A stretch of DNA of 64,000 bases from Eledone cirrhosa. Taxonomy: Eukaryota. The stretch lies in NCBI GenBank assembly GCA_964016885.1, contig OZ024752.1:22878001-22942000 (forward strand). The letters run 5' to 3'. Position 1 is the stretch's first letter. Every line of letters starts with the position of its first letter. A model generated the notes under the pieces. That model was not told the origin of the DNA and made no database searches. It was given only the letters and a program-made list of their open reading frames with translations. The translations under genes were made by a program, and so were the position numbers. Below, in pieces: positions 13,290 to 27,306 of the stretch.

Positions 13290-15220
13290 TACTTACCTAT
13301 ACAAATAAGTAATGGTATAAACATAAAATATACTTAGCTACCACATCAAGACGTAAATTATCCGCGTATTGTTTGTACTATCCGTTAGGGTATAATGTGG
13401 GGCTGTAATACAGGAAAGTTTTGTGCAATTTATGTTTACAAGCCGAAATTGCCTCAGATTTTTTGTGTAAGATGTGGTCATTGACATAGAGTATTTCCAG
13501 GGCTTCAGCGGCACAAAGTTCGCATGGTCTCCCCACTTTACCCCGAAGGATCACAAACCCAATTTCGCCAACAACCCCTCTATTCGGCTTATTAACCCTA
13601 CGAAGTCTGATTTAGGTAGACTTAGTAAAAGGATTTTAGATAGAATTATACCTGAAATTAGAAGCTTGGCCCCTCTTGCACTGTGGAATAATTCTTTCAC
13701 AGTGATTGATTCGGTCAATGGCATATGCAACAAGGAACATTGCCGTTTTATCCAATTCAACATCAATAACTACTACTCCTCCATCACTTTACCACTTCTT
13801 CTTAGAGCTATCAATTTCACTAAAACACTCACAGTGGTTAAGGATTTCGAAGTTGATGTCATCCTCAATGCCCGTAAGTCGGTGATTAATTTCGACGACT
13901 CTATTTGGATAAAATAATCTAATAGTACCCCATTCGACGTGAGTATGTGCGCCAGCGATTCAGTGGAGGTTACAGATCTTATCGGCCTTTTCCATCTTTT
14001 CTCTATCAAGGAAGAATTCCCCAATGTGGGGGGTGGTTAGTACCGTGATGACGGTCTTTTGACCATGACAAAGTGTGGTCCACGCGCTTGCGACAGGTTC
14101 TGAAAAGAACTCACAGCCTTCTTTAAAGGCTTCAACCTCTCCATGCAGGTTGAGGCCAACCTCTCGGTCGTTAATTACCTCGACGTTACCCTCAATTTAT
14201 CGAATGGCTTGCACTACCCGTAGAGAAAGCCGAATGATACGCTTAATTACATAAGTAAGCATTCTAATCATCCTGCCAGCATAACCAAGAACCTGGTAAG
14301 AAACGTTTCTTTGAGGCTTTCCCGTCTATCTACAAATGAGCATATTTTCAACGACCATTCCACATATTACAATGAAGCTCTTGCTTGGAATGGATTTGTC
14401 AATAAGTTAGCATATACTAAGTATAAGCATAGAGCAAGGAAAAATAGATCCCGACGCATTATATGGTATAACCCACCATATAATATGGAGGTGGCCACAC
14501 CATTAGCTAAGATCTTTCTCTCCCTTATTAAGAAGCATTTCCCGTCAGAACATAAATATAATAACATTTTTAATAGAAATACCATTAAAATATCTTACTC
14601 CATGACTCTTAACTTTGCACATAACACTGCTTCAAATTTAGCTAAATTACCTAGCCGTAGGAACACGTGCAACCCGGTAGCTAGTACTAACTGTAATTGT
14701 AGGAATTGGGTTGACTGCCCCCTTTCCGGGAAATGCCTCTCCAGTAACATTGTCTACAAATGTAAGGTCGAAACACCGACATCACGTAGGGCCTACATAG
14801 GGTTAACCGCCAATAGATTCAAGCAGTGTCTTTCCATGCACACCCATTCTTTTCTTAACCTTTTAAGAAGGAATATACCGTCACTTTCAGCTTATATCTG
14901 GAGTCTAAAAGACAACCACACCCAATATAGGTTACACTGGGAGATCCTAGCTAAGGCTAGCTCGTATAACGGAAATAAAAGACCATACAATCTTTGCGCC
15001 GCTGAAGCCCTGGAAATACTCTACGCCAATGACCACATCTTAAACAAAATATCTGAGGCAATTTCGGCTTGTAAACACATATTCCATAAAACTTTCCTGT
15101 ATTACAGCCCCACATTATATCCTAACAGATAGTATGAACAATACGCGGATAATTTACGCCTTGATGTGGAAGCTAAGTTTATTTTATGTTTATACCATTA
15201 AACATTTGTATAGGTAAGTA
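13290..15220 (+). mobile_element. Penelope-like retroelement (RT + GIY-YIG), decayed, with inverted 5' pseudo-LTR
   Basis: RLINPTKSDLG, YRDDGL (14041) and IVYKC...YIGLT. 13290-13465 is the reverse complement of about 15046-15220. Confidence 0.9.
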
Positions 15221-16517
15221 CAGGGTGCGAACGATATTTGTTTGCAAGATTACTGTCTAGGAAAAAATAACACAGTAGTTTTATTTTTTAAGATTTATTT
15301 ATCAAACTTGGATCAGTTCGTCTTCATGACTTGTTCTTTCGATCTCACTTGATAAACCCGCCATTGGCTTTGATGACAGCCTCAAGGCGGCCCCGGAACC
15401 GGCTACAGGCCTTCGTCACTCTCCCTCGACTTAGGCCACTAAGGCACTTGTGATCCTGGCCTTCAGGTCGTCTTTCGTATTGCAGCTAGATCTGTTGGTG
15501 TCTCGTTCCACTGCGCCCCACACAAAGAAGTCGAGAGGGTTGCAGTCAGGCGAGCTGTGAGGCCAGATCTCAGGTGAAGTGTGGTCGACGAAGTTCTCTG
15601 ACAGCCAGGCTTGGGTCTTTCGGCTGGTATGGCAAGGCGCTGAGTCTTGCTACCACACGTACGGCCTACCTGCAGCTACCTGATCGATCCAGGGCTTTAC
15701 TACTTCGCTCAGAACGCGGATGTAGCCATCGGTGTTCAGCTTGAGGCCCTCAGGGAAGAAGTGAGGTGGCATGACGTCACCTTGACTGCTGACGACACCT
15801 AAGACCACTGTTGACACTGGAAACTTTGTCTGCATGACTCTGGGCACGTCTTTGGATGAGACAGCGAGCCACCTGTTGTTCTGGGAGTTGATCTTCTGGT
15901 CTTGGCAGAAGTTTTTCTCGTCGGAGAAAAACCACAGCATGTCTGGCTCCAGTGGGTGTTTCAACTTGTTGATCAGCTTCTTTGCGTGCTTCAGTCGCTT
16001 TTCTTGCATCGCCTTTGACAGAAATTGTCCTTTCCTCATCTTGTATGAAACGTAGCGAATGTCTTGTACCACCAGCCTAATGAGCTTTTCATCCACGCCT
16101 TTCTCCCTTGCACGCATCGACTTGCTAGGTTCATTGTTGATGATATCCTGAACTTCTGCAACGAACTCGGGCGTTCTGAAGACGTCAGATCGTTGATCAT
16201 GTGTTTTCCTCTCTGATGTTGCTTCGTAGTCGAATCCTGAATCCTCCAATTCCTTTCTGACCTTTTCCACCATTTTCCTGCTGACGCTGAGAAAGTCTGA
16301 AATTTCCTTATTTGTCCTCCCGGTGCGGATTCCAAGAAGAACTCTGTGTCTCTTCCACAAATTTGGAGGTTCAAAATTATTCATAATCAATTATTCTGAA
16401 AATAAATAATGTAAATATAGTCACTGTTTTTGTGAAGACAAGAGTGACAACGGAAGTAAAAAAAATTTGCATAAAATTAGCAGTTGAAAATTGCGAACAA
16501 ATATCGTCCACACCCTG
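15221..16517 (-). mobile_element. Tc1/mariner DD37D (maT-type) transposon, full-length, transposase inactivated
   Basis: TA TSDs and 27-bp imperfect TIRs cagggtg..acgatatttgtt.gcaa. FSDEK...QDSAPCH...SPDCNPLD gives 37 residues between the 2nd and 3rd Asp. In-frame TAG at 15650-15652. Confidence 0.92.
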
Positions 16518-16708
16518 TATATATATATAAGTACATATATATATATATAAGTATATATATATAAGTATATATATATATATAAGTATATATATATAAGTAT
16601 ATATATATATATAAGTATATATATATAAGTATATATATATAAGTATATATATATATATAAGTATATATATATAAGTATATATATATATATAAGTATATAT
16701 ATATATAT
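16518..16708. repeat. (TA)n-AG compound microsatellite
   Basis: tatatatataag repeats. Confidence 0.95.
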
Positions 16709-16729
16709 GTAGACTTTGCACTTTCCTGT

Positions 16730-18640
16730 TGACAAGTGTTTTTAGGGTTAGGGGTTGCCCATCTCTCGCTACTATGTAGCATCGCGCTCCTCACACAGGC
16801 ATCATATAACCTTTCGTATGCAGGGAGAAACCCTTCTTCGTCAGTAGAGGAAGCAGCTCCGTAAACTTCTGATCCGTCCTTATTCTAAATACTATGGCCT
16901 CGGAACACCCCCCTCCCATGCTAATCTGATCTCTTAGGTACCGGAAGCTATCCACCACTTTTATAGCACCTGCCTGCATTTGAAAAATGTGTTTATCAAT
17001 GCGACTTCTACTGTCTAATTTCCCTGTACATCTACTGCATACGTATTTCTCCCTACCTGTTAATTTGCCTGCTATGCCACTACATCTCTTGTGTACCTAG
17101 GATCTGCATTGTGTGCATTTTATAGAATTTATGCCAGTTCCTTTTCTGCATATCGAACATGGTCATTTCCTTGACGGAATCAGAGTTTTGTCCTCTTTTC
17201 TACTCATCAACACTTTTGTCTTAGCTAGGTTCACTCTCAGTCATCTTGCTTCCAACTGCTGTTTCCATAACCAGAATTTATTCTCTAGATCCTCTAGTGA
17301 TTCTGCTATAAGAACCAGATTGTTAGCATAGAGAAGTTCCCATGGACAGCCAGTCTTAAACTCCTCTGTTATGGCTTGGAGGACTATAATGAACAAGAGC
17401 GGGCTGAGGACCGAACCTTGATGTACTACTACCTGTATCTGGAATTCCTCACTAAGCTCCATTCCAAGCCTCGCTTTACTGACAGCACCTCTGTACAAAG
17501 TTTGCAGTCCTCACAAGCCATTCCTCAACACCTAGTTTCCTTAGGGACCACCAGATGACAGATTGGGATACCCTATCAAAGTATAGTGGCATATTTTTCT
17601 CTGAGAACCTCTCTTGTAATTGTCTCACCAAGAAGAGGGCATCTGTTGTACTCTTCCCAGGCACAAAACCAAACTGCATCTCATCTAGTTTGACCCTTTC
17701 TCTAATTAGTTGTGCTAATATCCTTTCTGCCACTTTCATAACCTGATCCATCAGTTTTATACCCCTATAATTGCTCCTCTCCAGAGCATCCCCTTTACCT
17801 TTGTAGCAATTTATGAGAATACTGCTGCACCAGTCTTTGGGTATGACACCACCATAAATAGCCTGATTGATGATGCGTGCAACCAGTTTAGTGCCTACGT
17901 CCTCTGATGGCTTCAGCATCTCAGCAACTATCCCTGATGGTCCAGCAGCCTTACCATTTTTCATTTCCTTAATCGCCTCTTGGACCCTATATTCGTCAAT
18001 CTCAATAGCTGGTCCCTCTGTCAGATCTACTGAGGGTAATTTCTGTCTAAACCATTCGTTCTCCACATTCATCAGTCCCTTATAATGACATTTCAGGCCT
18101 CCTTTTTCTGATCATTTGTGACACTAAGTACACCAGCATTATTCTGGACACATTTATCTCCAACAACATCCTGATTTGTATTTACACACTGCTTTGCAAT
18201 GTGGAACACTGCACGCCTCTGACCTTCCCGTCGCAGAACATTGGCAAACCTCCTACTCTCTGCCTCCCTGCGTGCTAAGTACACCTGACGTCTAGCTTGG
18301 GGAGCATAGGCAGAGATGATTGTCAGTAGTCTCTTGCCTACAACTAATCTAAGCTTAATTATTCGATTACTAACTCGAACTACCTCTATTGTCTTATTGA
18401 TCTATCTCTCAGCCAGGAAAATGCCTACTCCCCCTAACCCATCATCCTTACCTACCCAGAAAAGCTTATAGCTAAGATGTTTGCCTACGACTAGTCTCGC
18501 AGAGGTACCTCTCCAGCTCACCTCTTGCACGCAGCACACATCCACCTGCCTTCTCTCCAGCATCTCCGCTATTTCAGCAGATCTAACTCTGAGAGTGCCA
18601 ACATTAAGTGTTGCAACTCTGAAATGCAACGTCTTCATAT
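16730..18640 (-). mobile_element. RTE-clade LINE, decayed and internally deleted (APE + RT fragments)
   Basis: VATLNVGTLR/CCVQEVSWRG (APE), KAAGPSG, QFGFVPGKSTTDA and HQGSVLSPLLF. APE jumps to the RT-proximal region near 18290. Confidence 0.9.
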
Positions 18641-18905
18641 TTTGTTGTTCCTATATACTTGTTGCTGTGCTAATAATCGTTTTGGCATTGATACACTGGT
18701 TGGATGCCCTTCCTAACACCAGCGCCACTTTACAGCATGGACTGGGTGCTTTTATTTGTGCCACCAGCACTAAAGAGGATGTCTTACTAGACTCAAGGGC
18801 CCTCTCTACCCCTCTATTTTACAGCATGGTCATAAAAAAACCCCACTTATTGACACTCATGGCACACACACACACTCACTCACACACCAACACTCATGCA
18901 TACAA

Positions 18906-18941
<36 letters not shown>

Positions 18942-19079
18942 TACTGTCAGTACTGATACAAAATCAAAATCATGTTAACTGTTGACTTTTCCAGCAATGC
19001 GCTGGGACAATCGCTGCCCCATGCCAAGAACAGAATAGTTATTTAGCATTATTATTATAGTTGCTTTTAAGGCCTGATC

Positions 19080-19496
19080 GCTGGTGTTGGTGGTGGATGA
19101 TGTCAGTGATGGTGACGGTGGTGGTGGTGGATGGTGTCAGTGATGGTGACGGTGGTGGTGGTGGATGGTGCCAGTGATGGTGGTGGATGGTGTCAGTGAT
19201 GGTGAAGGTGGTGGTGGTGGATGGTGCCAGTGATGGTGGTGGATGGTGTCAGTGATGGTGATGGTGGTGGGGAAGGTGGTGGATAGTGTCAGTGATGGTG
19301 GTGGTGGATGGTGACAGTGATGTTGGTGGTGGTGGGTGGTGCCATTGATGGTGGTGGTAGTGGTGGTGGATAGTGTCAGTGATGGTGATGGTGGATGGTG
19401 TCAGTGGTGATGGTGATGGTGGTGGTGGATGGTACCAGTGATGGTGGTGGTGGTGAAGGTGGTGGATGGTGTCAGTGATGGTGATGGAGGGTGTCA
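19080..19496. repeat. GGT-rich minisatellite (gatggtgtcagtgatggtg...)
   Basis: Degenerate tandem repeat. Confidence 0.9.
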
Positions 19497-19687
19497 TATA
19501 TATATATATATATATATAAATATAAGTATATATATATAAGTATATTAAAGAGTTAAACAAGATTCAATGAGTACATCAAAGAATGAGTTTTACAGTAGAT
19601 TGGAAGCACTCTACAAGAAAATAATTTCCAGAGTTATTAATATTAATTCAAATATTAACAAAAATAGATATCCTTGTGATCAATTAA

Positions 19688-19752
19688 ATTTTATTATACG
19701 TATTTCAGAGGTACTGAATTAAGTTCAACAGTACGTCCTCCTCAGATAAAAT
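19688..19752 (-). ncRNA. Type I hammerhead ribozyme motif (family 2) within a dispersed repeat (about 19545-19795)
   Basis: On - strand: attttat-CUGAGGA-10-position stem II-GAAA-UACGUA-UA-ataaaat. 7-bp stem I and palindromic stem III. Confidence 0.75.
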
Positions 19753-21239
19753 AAAATGATACATGACATACCCTGACATGGTTAAGATTTAATCAAAGAA
19801 GTGATTAACATATGAGAAAACTCAATATTTATACCCTAATATTGAGAACATGAGAAAACGTAATAGAATCAATAGAGAGAGAGTGTGAGTAATATATTTT
19901 AAGAAATACATTGCCTTAATGCAATAGTTATAGAATTTTTAATATTTAAAATACTACTATAGAACTATGCGGTAGAGGAAAGTATGGAGGAAGATGTAGC
20001 TGAAGTTATAACTTATTTAGTATTTAGCTTGAGAAGACAAATGATAGATAATTAAAGAGAGGGAGAGACAAAGGGGAGTAATTTATGCTCACATTTCTTT
20101 ATACACAACATAATCATATATAGTTTTGGCAGTTAATTTTCAAAATATTTAATTTATGTTATTTCAGGGTAAAGAATCAAAATTTTAGGTTTTAAAAGTT
20201 GATGGGTATTTGTATTAATATTATAATATAATTATGTTAAATTTCTAAAATTCAAAATTTTATGAAGACAAATTTAAAGGATTTACGAAGCCTGCGAAAA
20301 GAAAGAAAATATATATATAATGTACAAAGGTAATCTTTATCAAAATTACTTATAACACTGACAACATTTTCTATAATATAATTTATGAGATATTTACAGT
20401 TAAAACTATTAAAGAATTTATTGTTAAATAGTTATAGTGCCTAACATATTAACAGGTCTTATAATTAAACCTAAAGAAGTCAGAGTTTTCAGCTATATAT
20501 ATATGTGTATTGATCATAATACCAGGACTGTAATTTATTATTTGTTCATATATTATATTAAGTAAGTGATTATATAATTCAACCTTCCAGGGAAGACCAA
20601 ACACTTATAATAATGTCATTTGGGTGTTTAAATTATTTATATAAATGTAACTACGATTATGTTATTACACTAGATAAAGATATTTGTACAAACTATACAT
20701 AGATATACTAGATATTAATGAAACAGTATATATCTAATAAAAATAGCGATTACAAACATTGTTAGTAGTTCTTACTCCAGTTCAGTGGAGAGATAAACCA
20801 ATATTTGTCTGCTATTATAGCTTGTTAAATATACATAAAAAAGCAAAGCGCAAAACCAACTTTCTGAGTCCTCAAAAACCATCTCAAAATGAGCAATATC
20901 TATATATATATAAAAAAATATATACATATATATAAAAAATGTAAACGCATGAATGATCCACAGTTCAAATTAAAGTCAGTAAAATTTACAGGTTAGATAT
21001 CTAAACTATATAAACAGAGATAGAAAAATATAGATCTGAATCAAAGTTAAAAATATCCCCCCAAAAACCTAGGGTATGCATATCTATCCAGTAAACAAGT
21101 TATCAAACAAGTGTCATTCATTCAAACATTAGTTCCATTATAAATGATTAGAAGATAAAGCATTATTAAAGTTTTATAAGCCGTTATGACTTATATGTTC
21201 AACAGTTGATGATGTACGTCGAAAATCAGGCTTGGTTGC

Positions 21240-22345
21240 TTACTGTTTTTTCCTCACTTTATGCAAGGCTTGGAATGTAGACAAAGCTTTATGAAGGCAG
21301 TTTGAGAATAATTCACTTTTTTTGTTAATTAAGTTTTCATAATTATTAATTATTAATAGGGTCTCCTTTGTACAGAGGCTGCAGTTAATTGATATACTTG
21401 AGTTGAGATAAACTCCACTATTACAAAGTTTCATCCAAAAGATCGAGTATTTTAAATTTTTGTCTTTTAATGACCATATAAGCTGTGATAAAGAAGTCGA
21501 AGATTTCCTATTAGAATTCAAGAATGAGCATTTATGATTCGCAAATCTAGCCTTAAATGTAGAAGAAGTCACTCCTATGTAGTTGTATGTGTTGTTATTT
21601 GTTTTTACGGTGCATTTATACCAAATTACTATCCAAACAATTATTTTGCAGAGGGCAATCTGGTTTATTTCTACAATTACATTTTGATTTATTGGATTGG
21701 CAGTATCAGTAGAGGGTCAGACACCATGCTTTGAGGCATGGAGTTACGGGCCTTGCCATTCTGAGTTCAAATCCCGCCGAGGTTAACTTTGCCTTTCATC
21801 CTTACGGGGTCGATAAAATAAAGTACCAGTAATGTACTGGTGAATTGCTGGCCTTGTGCCAAAAGTAGAAACAATTATTAATATCATTATGTTGATTTTG
21901 ATTTAGAATTTTAGTGTTTATTTTAGCAATGTTTTGGACCATATTCATAGTTGTAGAATAAGATAATTTAATAGTGTGTCTATTAAAAATGGAATGGTAT
22001 TTATGTTGACGAGGGAAAGAGCTATCCAAAGCTTTAAAGAATAGATTAGTTATTGGTGTTCTTACTGCTACAGAAGCAGGGGGGGGGGGACCATATAACT
22101 GATTTAGTTCTGGTTCTTTTCCTCGATTTATTCACAGTATAGGTGTTTGAATTATAATTACTAGAATTTATAGAATTTCGTTTATATATGCCATTATTTT
22201 TATCAGGATTAAAACTTGGACTATTATTGTCTACATATTCTATATTATTTTTATAACCTGCCCTTTTTAGCGCTTCATTGTAATATCCTGCATTTTCATC
22301 AAATATTGATTTATTGGCAGATATTCTATTAATGCGTTTTTGCAC
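21240..22345 (-). mobile_element. Second Penelope-like fragment (GIY-YIG region) interrupted by a SINE
   Basis: HKYHSIFNRHTIKLSYS and FKARFANHK...LSQLIWSLKD resemble ORF 14311..15132. Confidence 0.85.
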
Positions 22346-23519
22346 ACTATTTACAATTGCTTTTTATCATTAACATTAAAAGACACGGCAAAAAGCCCCC
22401 AGCCCACACTGTAAAGTGGACATGTAAAAGACACGGCAAAAAGCCCCCAGCCCATTCTGTCAATGTGCTTGGCGTTAGAAAGGGCATCCAGCCATAGAAA
22501 ACCAGCCAGAAAAACCCCAATATGAGCGAAAATTTTCTAGAGAACGGCCTCAAATTTCATATAGATTTGGGCCTCAGCAGGTGAAAGTCTGGCTCCATAT
22601 CACATTAAAAAAAATTGAAGTCTGTACTTTAATACTTCAGATTTTCATGATCTGTCCACTAGTAAACATATGTTTAAACATTTGTGGTAACAAACCTGTT
22701 TTTAGATATTTTCTGCTAAATCATCACAAGATGTTAAGAGTTGCAACATAACACCAAATTACTTAATTTACTGCTAGGCTTCATTTTCAGAAGTATTCAG
22801 GGATAGTGACTACCAATAGCGACCATTTATTTTATCTCTATTGTACACTTGACAGTTTTGACACTCAATTCACTCATTTAACCTCTGCCTGAATTATTTA
22901 ATTTCCTCAGTTGATGTGCTGCCTGCTTTGCCATAGGCTATTTTATTACTCATTTTATAGAGAGTTCTAAATCATTATAACCACCTGACACTAATTTTGA
23001 AATTCACGATACCCTTCTGCTTAACTAGCAGAATTTCTAAACCACAGATGTTATGACTACAGGACCTTTAATAGATAAACCATTTCATCATTGGCTCTAC
23101 AAGATTTCTATCTTTTCCGTACACTTACTTGCACCAACAGATAATGATTTAAAATGTTCATCATCAACATTATATTCCTGAGTAAATACAGTGAATTTGT
23201 CCTTAACCTTCCATATGTCCTGAACTGTTTGCATTTTAATATCAACACTTCACAAATTCTCACCATCAATGCACCAACCTCTAACTTCCTCATAATGAGG
23301 GTCACAATTTTTCTTTAGATTATTGCTTTTCCTTGAAACTATGATATAAAATAGAAGGCTGACAAATGCAATATCACTGAAATATCAAAGAAATTTGCAA
23401 GGAAGCATAAGTTGTATTGTATATAATGGTTATTATCTGTCATCAGTTTCAGTTAATATATTTTCAAAGTATTTATACACATAAATTCTCACCATGAAAA
23501 AGCAGTGATTATTAATGTC

Positions 23520-23990
23520 GTCTTCTTGTCATATCCACGAGAGTGTCAGCTACAAAGCTTGGCTAGATGTGGTTCTGCCACAGCTTAACACATTTCTGTC
23601 CTTTCTCATTAAACTCTGCCAAGTCCAATGCTGCGCAGAGGTTTTCCAGCAGGGGCAATAGCAGGAGGTGCTGCATAGTCTGTGGTTTGATGCCGCAGTC
23701 ACACACATCCCCATCCTTTAAATATCCCCATTTTGCCAGATTGTTTTTTGCATGACCAACACCAGATCTTAATCTGTTGAGGTATTTCCAGACTGCATAG
23801 TTTGTATCTGCTCCAGGGGTCAGTGCCTCACTCGCCTTTACTCCATTGTTGTTACAGATGGGAGGTTGTTATGTTTTTCTTCCCAGCGAGTAACTCTTTC
23901 ACTACTTATGCTTGATGTTCCAAGGGGTGTAATGCTCTTTAGGAAACTTTTCCTGGATTAAAGGCAGCTTGAGGGCAGGATCTAGCTTTT
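23520..23990 (-). mobile_element. 3' fragment of a LINE with a C-terminal zinc knuckle (I/Ingi/Vingi-like)
   Basis: Minus-strand translation NRLRSGVGHAKNNLAKWGY...CDCGIKPQTMQHLL. Confidence 0.55.
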
Positions 23991-24429
23991 GTACATGGAC
24001 AGCTCACTTCCATACTGGGCATGCATACTCAGCAGGTGAGTAGCAGAGTGCTAGTGCAGTTGACTTAGTGTGTGAAAGTGAATGAGATAGAATAAGTCTT
24101 ATATAAGTAAAAACTGAATATAGATAGAGAAGAAACCATGAATATAGATAGAGAAGAAACCAATTGCCTGCTATTTTAAATACCAGGCAATTTAAGAGGC
24201 TAGATAGTTAGCAGAGAGTGTGGAGTGTTAGAAAGAAAGGATATATTTCTTAGAGGATGTAAAATTGAATAATAAATAGTATGTGCACTGGAGAAATTTT
24301 TGATCATATTATAGTCTTCCCTGTTATCAAGCCACCTGCTCAATACATATGATACAATGATGTTATTCTTCACTCTAAATATATTATAAAATAATATGAA
24401 AATAAATAAATCAGTAAAAGCATAAAAGA

Positions 24430-24903
24430 TTATGTTATTGATGGGTTTTTCTTGTCATGGTTGTATGATACTTGTATGTGATGTATGGTGCTGTATAGTA
24501 GAGAGATCGAGACAATGAATTCAGAGGATCTGTGAAGGTTGGAGAGAAATGAAGTTAGCATGTTTCAATAGATGTATAATGTGAATGTGCATGAATGACA
24601 AAGCATGGATGAACTGAGAGAAAAATTGGCTATAAGAGGAATCAGGTGTAGAGTGCAAGAGAGAAGACTGCATGTGATATGTATGGATAATAATTGTTGG
24701 GTAAAGAAGTGCCAGTGGTAGGTAGCTGAGTAGAGGAAAACCAAGGAAAACCTGGGCAGATGTGGTGAGAGTTGATCTCAAATTGCTGAAGGTCACAGAG
24801 GAAATGATGAAGGAACACAATAAATGGCAGGATGATGTGCTAGTGAAGACTGATCAAGCCCATGCAAGCATGGAAAAGTAGATGTAAAATGATGATGATG
24901 ATG
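24430..24903 (+). mobile_element. RTE LINE 3' fragment with (GAT)n tail
   Basis: Similar to 30820-31300; ends catggaaaagtagatgtaaaatgatgatg. Confidence 0.8.
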
Positions 24904-24965
24904 TAAGCTGTATTCTTGTTGTCTGTCTGTATGTAGACTAATTGTAACATGAACTATCTTTTCAG

Positions 24966-25045
24966 GAGCTTGGATTTCAGGCCTCATTAGGAAATGAATC
25001 TGATGACAAAGCCGCTCGTTATGACCATCGCAGTGAAATTCGAAG
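24966..25045 (+). CDS. ATP7: ATP7 small exon: ELGFQASLGNESDDKAARYDHRSEIR
   Basis: ttttcag|GAG acceptor and AG|gtaaac donor. It completes the HMA 'LGF' motif and joins in phase 2 to R-W of the next exon. Confidence 0.88.
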
Positions 25046-25119
25046 GTAAACACTAAACTCCTGTCACCAGGAGATATTTATTCTTTGCTTCGCCCATCCC
25101 TTCAATCTATTTTTACTTT

Positions 25120-25990
25120 CATCATCATCATCATCATCATCGTTTAACGTTCGTGTTCCATGCTTGCATGGGTTTGGACGGGAGTTTTCCCACTTGAGGC
25201 AAGAGTGGTTGTCTTGCTCGCATAGGACTGTCTGGCGGGTTTTCTACAGTTGAATGCCCTTCCTAACACCAACCACATTTACAGTGTGGGGCTGGGAGGT
25301 TTTTACCGTGTTGCCTACACGGCCACATTACAGCGTAGACTGTCTGGCAGGTTTTCTACAGCTGGATGCCCTTCCTAACACCAACCACATTTACAGTGTG
25401 GGACTGGGACGTTTTTACCGTGTTGCCTACACGGTCACATTACAGCGTGGACTGTGTGTTTTTTTTGTCGTGACACCTACACGATCTCATTTGTTTCGGC
25501 CTGGATTTTGTGGCACCAACATAACTTTACATTGAAAGGGGCGGTGTAGATGGGGTGGGGGTGGTGGGACGGGGGTGTATTTTGTTAGAGATGCCTACTG
25601 ACTGTAGTAGGTTTTACTTTGTATTTAGGTAACGCGGGTCTTCTCTGTTACTGAGTACCGCCATGTTTAGCCATACCTGGTGTGTCATGTACAATGCTTT
25701 TGGTAAAATGCCTGCTTGAAATTCTATAACACAGTTCATCATCATCATCGTTTAACATCTATCTTCCATGCTAGTATGGGATAGACGGGTTTGTCTAACT
25801 TGGGACAAGTTGGGTCAGGTGACCGTGTCTCGGTCGTATAGAACTGTTTCTGGCTGGTTTTCTATGACTGGATGCCCTTCCTAACGCCAACCACATTTAC
25901 AGTGTGGACTGGGTGATTTTGTCGTGACACCTACACAACCTCTTTACAGTGTAGGCTGGATGTTTTGTGGTACCGACATAACTTTACAGA
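25120..25990 (-). mobile_element. RTE 3'-UTR-derived short repeats (two copies). Also near 18690-18790, 22370-22520, 27470-27600, 56030-56300
   Basis: ggatgcccttcctaacaccaacc core and (CAT)n tail; same sequence as the 3' ends of the LINEs ending at 50620 and 55736. Confidence 0.75.
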
Positions 25991-26149
25991 GTAAGGATGG
26001 TTTGGACGGAATTTGTAAATTCTAATTGAATTTGAATTACAGTATATACTCAAATATAAGCTGGCCTCTCCTCCCCCATTTTATATCTGAGAAATGGGAA
26101 AAAATTCAAACCCTGTGTATAAGCTAAGGCAGGTAATCAACACATAATG

Positions 26150-26485
26150 TTTAGATCCGTGATCGGATTTGATTTGGAAGCAGATCTAATCTGGCATCGA
26201 ATCTGATGTCTGTATTATTAGTCAACACTATCAGACTGCCTGTATTATTGAATCTGATCTGGGATCAGATCAGATCTGATTTGGAATCTGATTTGATCCA
26301 GCATCTGATCTGATGTCTCTATTATTAGTTAACACTATCAGACTACCTTATTATCTGATCTGATCTGGCATTGGATCTGATCTGATTTGGGATATGATCT
26401 GATCTAGGATTGGATCTGATGTCTGTATTATTAGTCAACACTATCTGACTGCCTGTACTATTGGATCTGATCCGGGATCAGATTA
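26150..26485. repeat. GATC-rich minisatellite downstream of a MITE-like end (26038-26155, shared with 36820-36936)
   Basis: gatctgatctg repeats with a recurring tattattagtcaacactatc unit. Confidence 0.75.
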
Positions 26486-26783
26486 ACACAGCTCTGTCTA
26501 GCTCAGCTTGGCTTAGCTTAGCTCTCTCCACACTACCAATATTGTCCAAGGGAAAGGCAAAAGCTGATACAACTTGGCACCATTGTTGTTGCAGCCCATT
26601 ATATTTTCCAGCTGAGTGGACTATGAGCATTGTAATAGTAAAGTGTCTTGCTCAAGGAAACAACATACTGCTTGTTCCAGGAATCAAGCTCACAACCTCA
26701 GTCATGAGCCTACAACCCTTACAACTAAGATTTAAGGGAATTGTCATCACTATTTCTCAGGAATATGAACACTGGTTCACATT

Positions 26784-26905
26784 TGCTCCCAATACACACC
26801 TGTTTCCAATACACACACACCTGCTCCCAATACACACACACCTGCTCCCAATATACACACACCTGCTCCCAATACAGACATACCTGCTCCCAATACACAC
26901 ATACA
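26784..26905. repeat. 21-bp minisatellite (acacacctgctcccaatacac), about 5-6 copies
   Basis: Direct tandem units; appears as an HTHLLPI repeat in the ORF track. Confidence 0.9.
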
Positions 26906-27268
26906 TATTACACCTGTGGTTTAATTGAGGAACAAACAAAAGAATCATAATTATGTCATCTTCTCTACTGAAACACTGAGATAACAGCACTCCAATACCT
27001 CCCTAGGAAACAATATATTATATAATGGTTTGCTGCTTGTTTGCTGATATAAGGGGAAACATAAAAATAATAATAATCATTGTTTCTACTTTTGGCACAA
27101 GGCCAGCAATTACCCCAGTGCATTACTGGCGCTTTATTTTATCAACCCCGTAACGATGAAAGGCAAAGCTAACCTCGGTGGGATTCGAACTCAGAACATA
27201 AAGGAACGAAACTTTATGCTGCAAAGCATGATGTCTGACGCTCTACCGATATTGCCAATCCACCATCC

Positions 27269-27306
<38 letters not shown>

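Noticed and set aside
12850-13290. Several Y/I/C/H-rich ORFs (also 16377-16794, 33602-33831, 45421-45696, 51491-52092)
   Set aside because: These are translations of (TA)n/(CA)n low-complexity DNA.
22860-23340. Possible ancient pogo/Tigger HTH fragment on the - strand
   Set aside because: Too decayed to support by eye.
26784-26905. Regularly spaced repeats as a possible CRISPR array (also 40764-40874)
   Set aside because: They are simple tandem units with no unique spacers and no cas genes.
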